Shown here: piece by piece, positions 61,762 to 64,000 of the stretch
How the letters are laid out: every line of letters starts with the position of its first letter
Position numbering within the stretch: the first letter of the stretch is position 1
DNA from: an uncultured Verrucomicrobia subdivision 3 bacterium
Lineage (GTDB): Bacteria > Verrucomicrobiota > Verrucomicrobiia > Limisphaerales > UBA11358
Direction of reading: 5' to 3'
Length of the DNA: 64,000 nucleotides
NCBI GenBank assembly: GCA_903842235.1
Contig: CAIMLG010000059.1
Coordinates: forward strand, 14,125 to 78,124
The notes under the pieces: generated by a model
What the model was told of the DNA's origin: nothing
What the model saw: only the letters and a program-made list of their open reading frames with translations
The model's database searches: none
Program-made: the position numbers and the translations under genes

Positions 61762-62003
61762 TGAATATTTTGCTGGGCATATTGGAAGCCGACACCACGC
61801 CGGACGGGGTGGTATTTTGGGCCATCTTGATTCCAGTTACCCTGGGGCTGGGCGGGCTGATCGTTTGGGTGGTCTATCGTAAAAAAAACAACCCGCACCA
61901 CCGCAAGCGGCGGCATCACCATCGCCAGCTCAATCCCACGCTCGCCCAGACGGGCGGCCTGCCGCCCCGGCGCAGTCCGGGCCAACCGCCGCCCGGCCCT
62001 TGA
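61761..62003 (+). CDS. small single-TM protein with His/Arg-rich tail
   Basis: VVFWAILIPVTLGLGGLIVWVVY followed by RKKNNPHHRKRRHHHRQ. Its ATG overlaps the regulator's TGA by 1 nt, and its stop overlaps the next ORF. Confidence 0.45.
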   Translation: MNILLGILEADTTPDGVVFWAILIPVTLGLGGLIVWVVYRKKNNPHHRKRRHHHRQLNPTLAQTGGLPPRRSPGQPPPGP

Positions 62004-62005
62004 CC

Positions 62006-62875
62006 ATGCAGCACTGCCGCGCCCTCACTCGAAAGAGTGCCTCCAATCTCGCCCTTGCCTTTATCCTCCTGCCCCGCGAGAAACGCGATGCCATGTCCGC
62101 GCTTTACGCCTTCTGCCGCGCCGTGGATGACGTGGCCGATGAGGAGGCGGTGCCGGCGGAACAACGCCGGGCGCAACTCGCCGCCTGGCGCGCCGACATC
62201 CGCCGGGCCGGCGATGGCGGCGCGCCCGAGTTCGTGCTCAATCAGGAATTCCAGCCCGTCATCCAAAAATACCGGCTGCCGTTCGCGCTGCTGGATGAAT
62301 TAATCAAGGGCTGCGAGATGGATCTGGACCAACTGCGCTACGAAAATTACGAATCATTGGAACTCTACTGCCACCGGGTAGCCTCGGTGGTGGGCTTGCT
62401 GAGCCTTGAAATTTTTGGTTATCAGAACCCGGCCTGCCGCGACTATGCCGTTTACCTCGGCAAGGCGCTCCAACTCACCAATATTCTGCGCGATGTGAAG
62501 AACGACGCCGCCCGCGGCCGGATTTACCTGCCGCAAAGCGAACTGGCGCTCTTCAACGTCAGCGAGGCGGAGATTCTGGGCGGACAATACTCGGACCGCT
62601 ATTTTGCGCTGGCGGGCAGCGTGGCGGTCCGGGCCCGCGAATTCTACCAACTGGCGCGGAAAACCCTCCCGCCGGAAGACCGCCGCAACATGGTCGCCGC
62701 CGAGCTGATGGGATCGGTTTACTGGCGGCTGCTCCGGAAATTGGAAAATGAAGCTTTCAACGTCTTTGGCCCGCAGCCGGTCAAATTGCGCAAAAGCCGC
62801 AAGCTGCTCCTCATTGTGCGTTCCTGGCTGCGCTTCGCCGCCGGCGCCACGGGTTCGGACTACGGCGGCGCGTGA
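62006..62875 (+). CDS. squalene/phytoene synthase family protein (HpnD/HpnC/CrtB-like)
   Basis: YAFCRAVDDVADEE and LTNILRDVKNDAARGRIYLP Asp-rich motifs; ATG 62006 (track TTG 62000). Confidence 0.85.
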   Translation: MQHCRALTRKSASNLALAFILLPREKRDAMSALYAFCRAVDDVADEEAVPAEQRRAQLAAWRADIRRAGDGGAPEFVLNQEFQPVIQKYRLPFALLDELIKGCEMDLDQLRYENYESLELYCHRVASVVGLLSLEIFGYQNPACRDYAVYLGKALQLTNILRDVKNDAARGRIYLPQSELALFNVSEAEILGGQYSDRYFALAGSVAVRAREFYQLARKTLPPEDRRNMVAAELMGSVYWRLLRKLENEAFNVFGPQPVKLRKSRKLLLIVRSWLRFAAGATGSDYGGA

Positions 62876-62890
62876 TCGACCGGTTTTTAT

Positions 62891-63316
62891 ATGCTTAAAC
62901 TCCTTGTAATCCTGCTCACCGGCCTCGTCTGCGAATCCGCCGGCGTCGTGCTGCTGAAAAAAGGCATCATGCAGATCGGCGATGTGAACGGCTACACCGC
63001 CGCCGAGATTTGCCGCGTCGTCAAAGCCGGCCTGACCAGCCAGACCCTCTGGCTTGGCATCTTTTTCGAGGCGCTGTTTTTCATTGGCCTGCTCGTCCTG
63101 CTCGCCAAGAGCGACATCAGTTTTCTCTGGCCGCTGACCGGCCTGAGCTTTGTCTTCGCCACCGTTTCCGCAATGTGGTTTCTGGGCGAGCACGTTTCGC
63201 CCCTGCGCTGGGTGGGCGTGGCCCTGATCGTTTTTGGCGCGGGCTTCATCAGCTACAGCGAGCACGCCAAACCGCCCGCGCCGGTCCCCAGCCAGACCGA
63301 AGCGGCTGGCAAATGA
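62891..63316 (+). CDS. small DMT/EamA-like 4-TM membrane protein
   Basis: Four hydrophobic helices; ...WPLTGLSFVFATVSAMWFLGEHVSPLRWVGVALIVFG... Confidence 0.65.
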   Translation: MLKLLVILLTGLVCESAGVVLLKKGIMQIGDVNGYTAAEICRVVKAGLTSQTLWLGIFFEALFFIGLLVLLAKSDISFLWPLTGLSFVFATVSAMWFLGEHVSPLRWVGVALIVFGAGFISYSEHAKPPAPVPSQTEAAGK

Positions 63317-63317
63317 C

Positions 63318-63356
63318 GGCGGCGAAAAAACCGCCGCCTGCCATTTCCCTTTTCTG
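63318..63356 (+). terminator. hairpin plus T-rich tract after the DMT gene
   Basis: ggcggcg-aaaaaac-cgccgcc, then tgccatttcccttttctg. Confidence 0.45.
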
Positions 63357-63384
63357 CGCGGGCGGTTTGTTCTAACTTGCCCGC

Positions 63385-64000
63385 ATGTTCACCGTTGCCG
63401 ACCTCTTTGACCTGACGCAAACCGAACACGCCGCGCTCTTTGACGGCTGCACCCACGCTTGGGAGGCGCTGAAGAAAATCGAGCCTTACCTCGCCGCCAC
63501 AGTTGCCAAACAGAATCCGGCGCCGCGCTTTCCCGGCGCGACCATTGGCGACCGCGTGATCCTTGGCGCGGGCACCGTGGTGGAACCCGGCGCCCTGATC
63601 AAAGGTCCGGCCATCATTGGGAAAAACTGCCAGATCCGGCACAACGCCTACCTCCGCGAGAATGTCATCATCGGCGACGGCTGCGTGGTCGGCAATTCGA
63701 GCGAGCTGAAAAATGCGCTGCTGTTCAACGGCGCGCAGGTGCCGCATTACAATTATGTGGGCGACTCCATCCTTGGCCACAAGGCGCACCTCGGCGCGGG
63801 CGTGATTTGCTCCAACCTCAAGTCGCTACCCGGGAATGTCGCGATTACCGTTCCAAGTCCAAAGTCCGAGGTCCAAAGTCCAAAGTCTGAAAACCCAACG
63901 GCGGGCGCCGCCAGACTTGCGCCTTTGGCCCTTGGACTTTGGTCTATTTTAGACACGGGCCTGCGCAAGTTTGGCGCCCTCATTGGCGACGGCGCGGAAG
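63385..64000 (+). CDS. left-handed beta-helix (hexapeptide-repeat) transferase-like protein, 5' partial (runs off the window)
   Basis: I translated frame +1 from ATG 63385: MFTVADLFDLTQTEHAALFDG...IGDRVILGAGTVVEPGALIKGPAIIGKNCQIRHNAYLRENVIIGDGCVVGNSSELKNALLFNGAQVPHYNYVGDSILGHKAHLGAGVICSNLK...DTGLRKFGALIGDGAE. There is no stop before 64000, which is why it is absent from the track. Confidence 0.8.
   Translation, partial: MFTVADLFDLTQTEHAALFDGCTHAWEALKKIEPYLAATVAKQNPAPRFPGATIGDRVILGAGTVVEPGALIKGPAIIGKNCQIRHNAYLRENVIIGDGCVVGNSSELKNALLFNGAQVPHYNYVGDSILGHKAHLGAGVICSNLKSLPGNVAITVPSPKSEVQSPKSENPTAGAARLAPLALGLWSILDTGLRKFGALIGDGAE
63852..63944 (+). repeat. imperfect palindromic heptad-repeat element lying in frame inside the transferase CDS
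   Basis: Left arm tccaag tccaaag tccgagg tccaaag tccaaag tctg; 22-nt loop; right arm cagacttgcgcctttggcccttggactttggt. About 26 of 32 arm positions pair. Confidence 0.8.

Overview
This is a 64-kb, high-GC bacterial chromosomal segment; most lines I sampled by eye are about 60-68% G+C. The gene content suggests a Verrucomicrobiota/PVC-type organism, but that is inference only. The supporting features are three TAT-signal Gfo/Idh/MocA oxidoreductases with xylose-isomerase-like TIM-barrel partners, a prepilin-type N-terminal helix ORF, LVIVD and RCC1 repeat proteins, and secreted proteins ending in a '...W...F[YF]R' module. I can support about 52 CDSs (two partial at the window edges), one tRNA-Arg(CCG), about a dozen hairpin terminators and several families of short repeats. 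Housekeeping genes dominate: katG, pgsA, argA, hisC, a pta-like gene, hemL, purA, uppS, smc, yicC-gmk, coaC, a histidine kinase plus NtrC-type regulator, and a squalene/phytoene-synthase-family gene. I saw no rRNA, CRISPR array, prophage or recognisable defence genes, and I did not find a convincing new multi-gene system. Five items are most worth a second look. (1) One uninterrupted ORF fuses an LMW phosphatase, RpiB and serine hydroxymethyltransferase. (2) A tyrosine-recombinase gene lacks its catalytic-Tyr tail and reads in frame into a beta-propeller gene whose own 3' end is frameshifted, with a stranded prepilin-type N-terminus just upstream. (3) A lower-GC 2.4-kb islet carries divergent LVIVD and RCC1 tail-anchored proteins, bracketed by 84-bp direct repeats next to tRNA-Arg. 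(4) A family of 7-bp YCCAAAG tandem/palindromic repeats occurs in intergenic DNA, at the 5' end of gmk, and as an in-frame palindromic insertion of about 31 codons inside a hexapeptide-repeat transferase gene. (5) A compact copper module combines an outer-membrane barrel with two SCO proteins. All functional names come from by-eye motif recognition in the supplied translations; no searches or computations were run. Coordinates of non-CDS features may be off by 1-2 nt.
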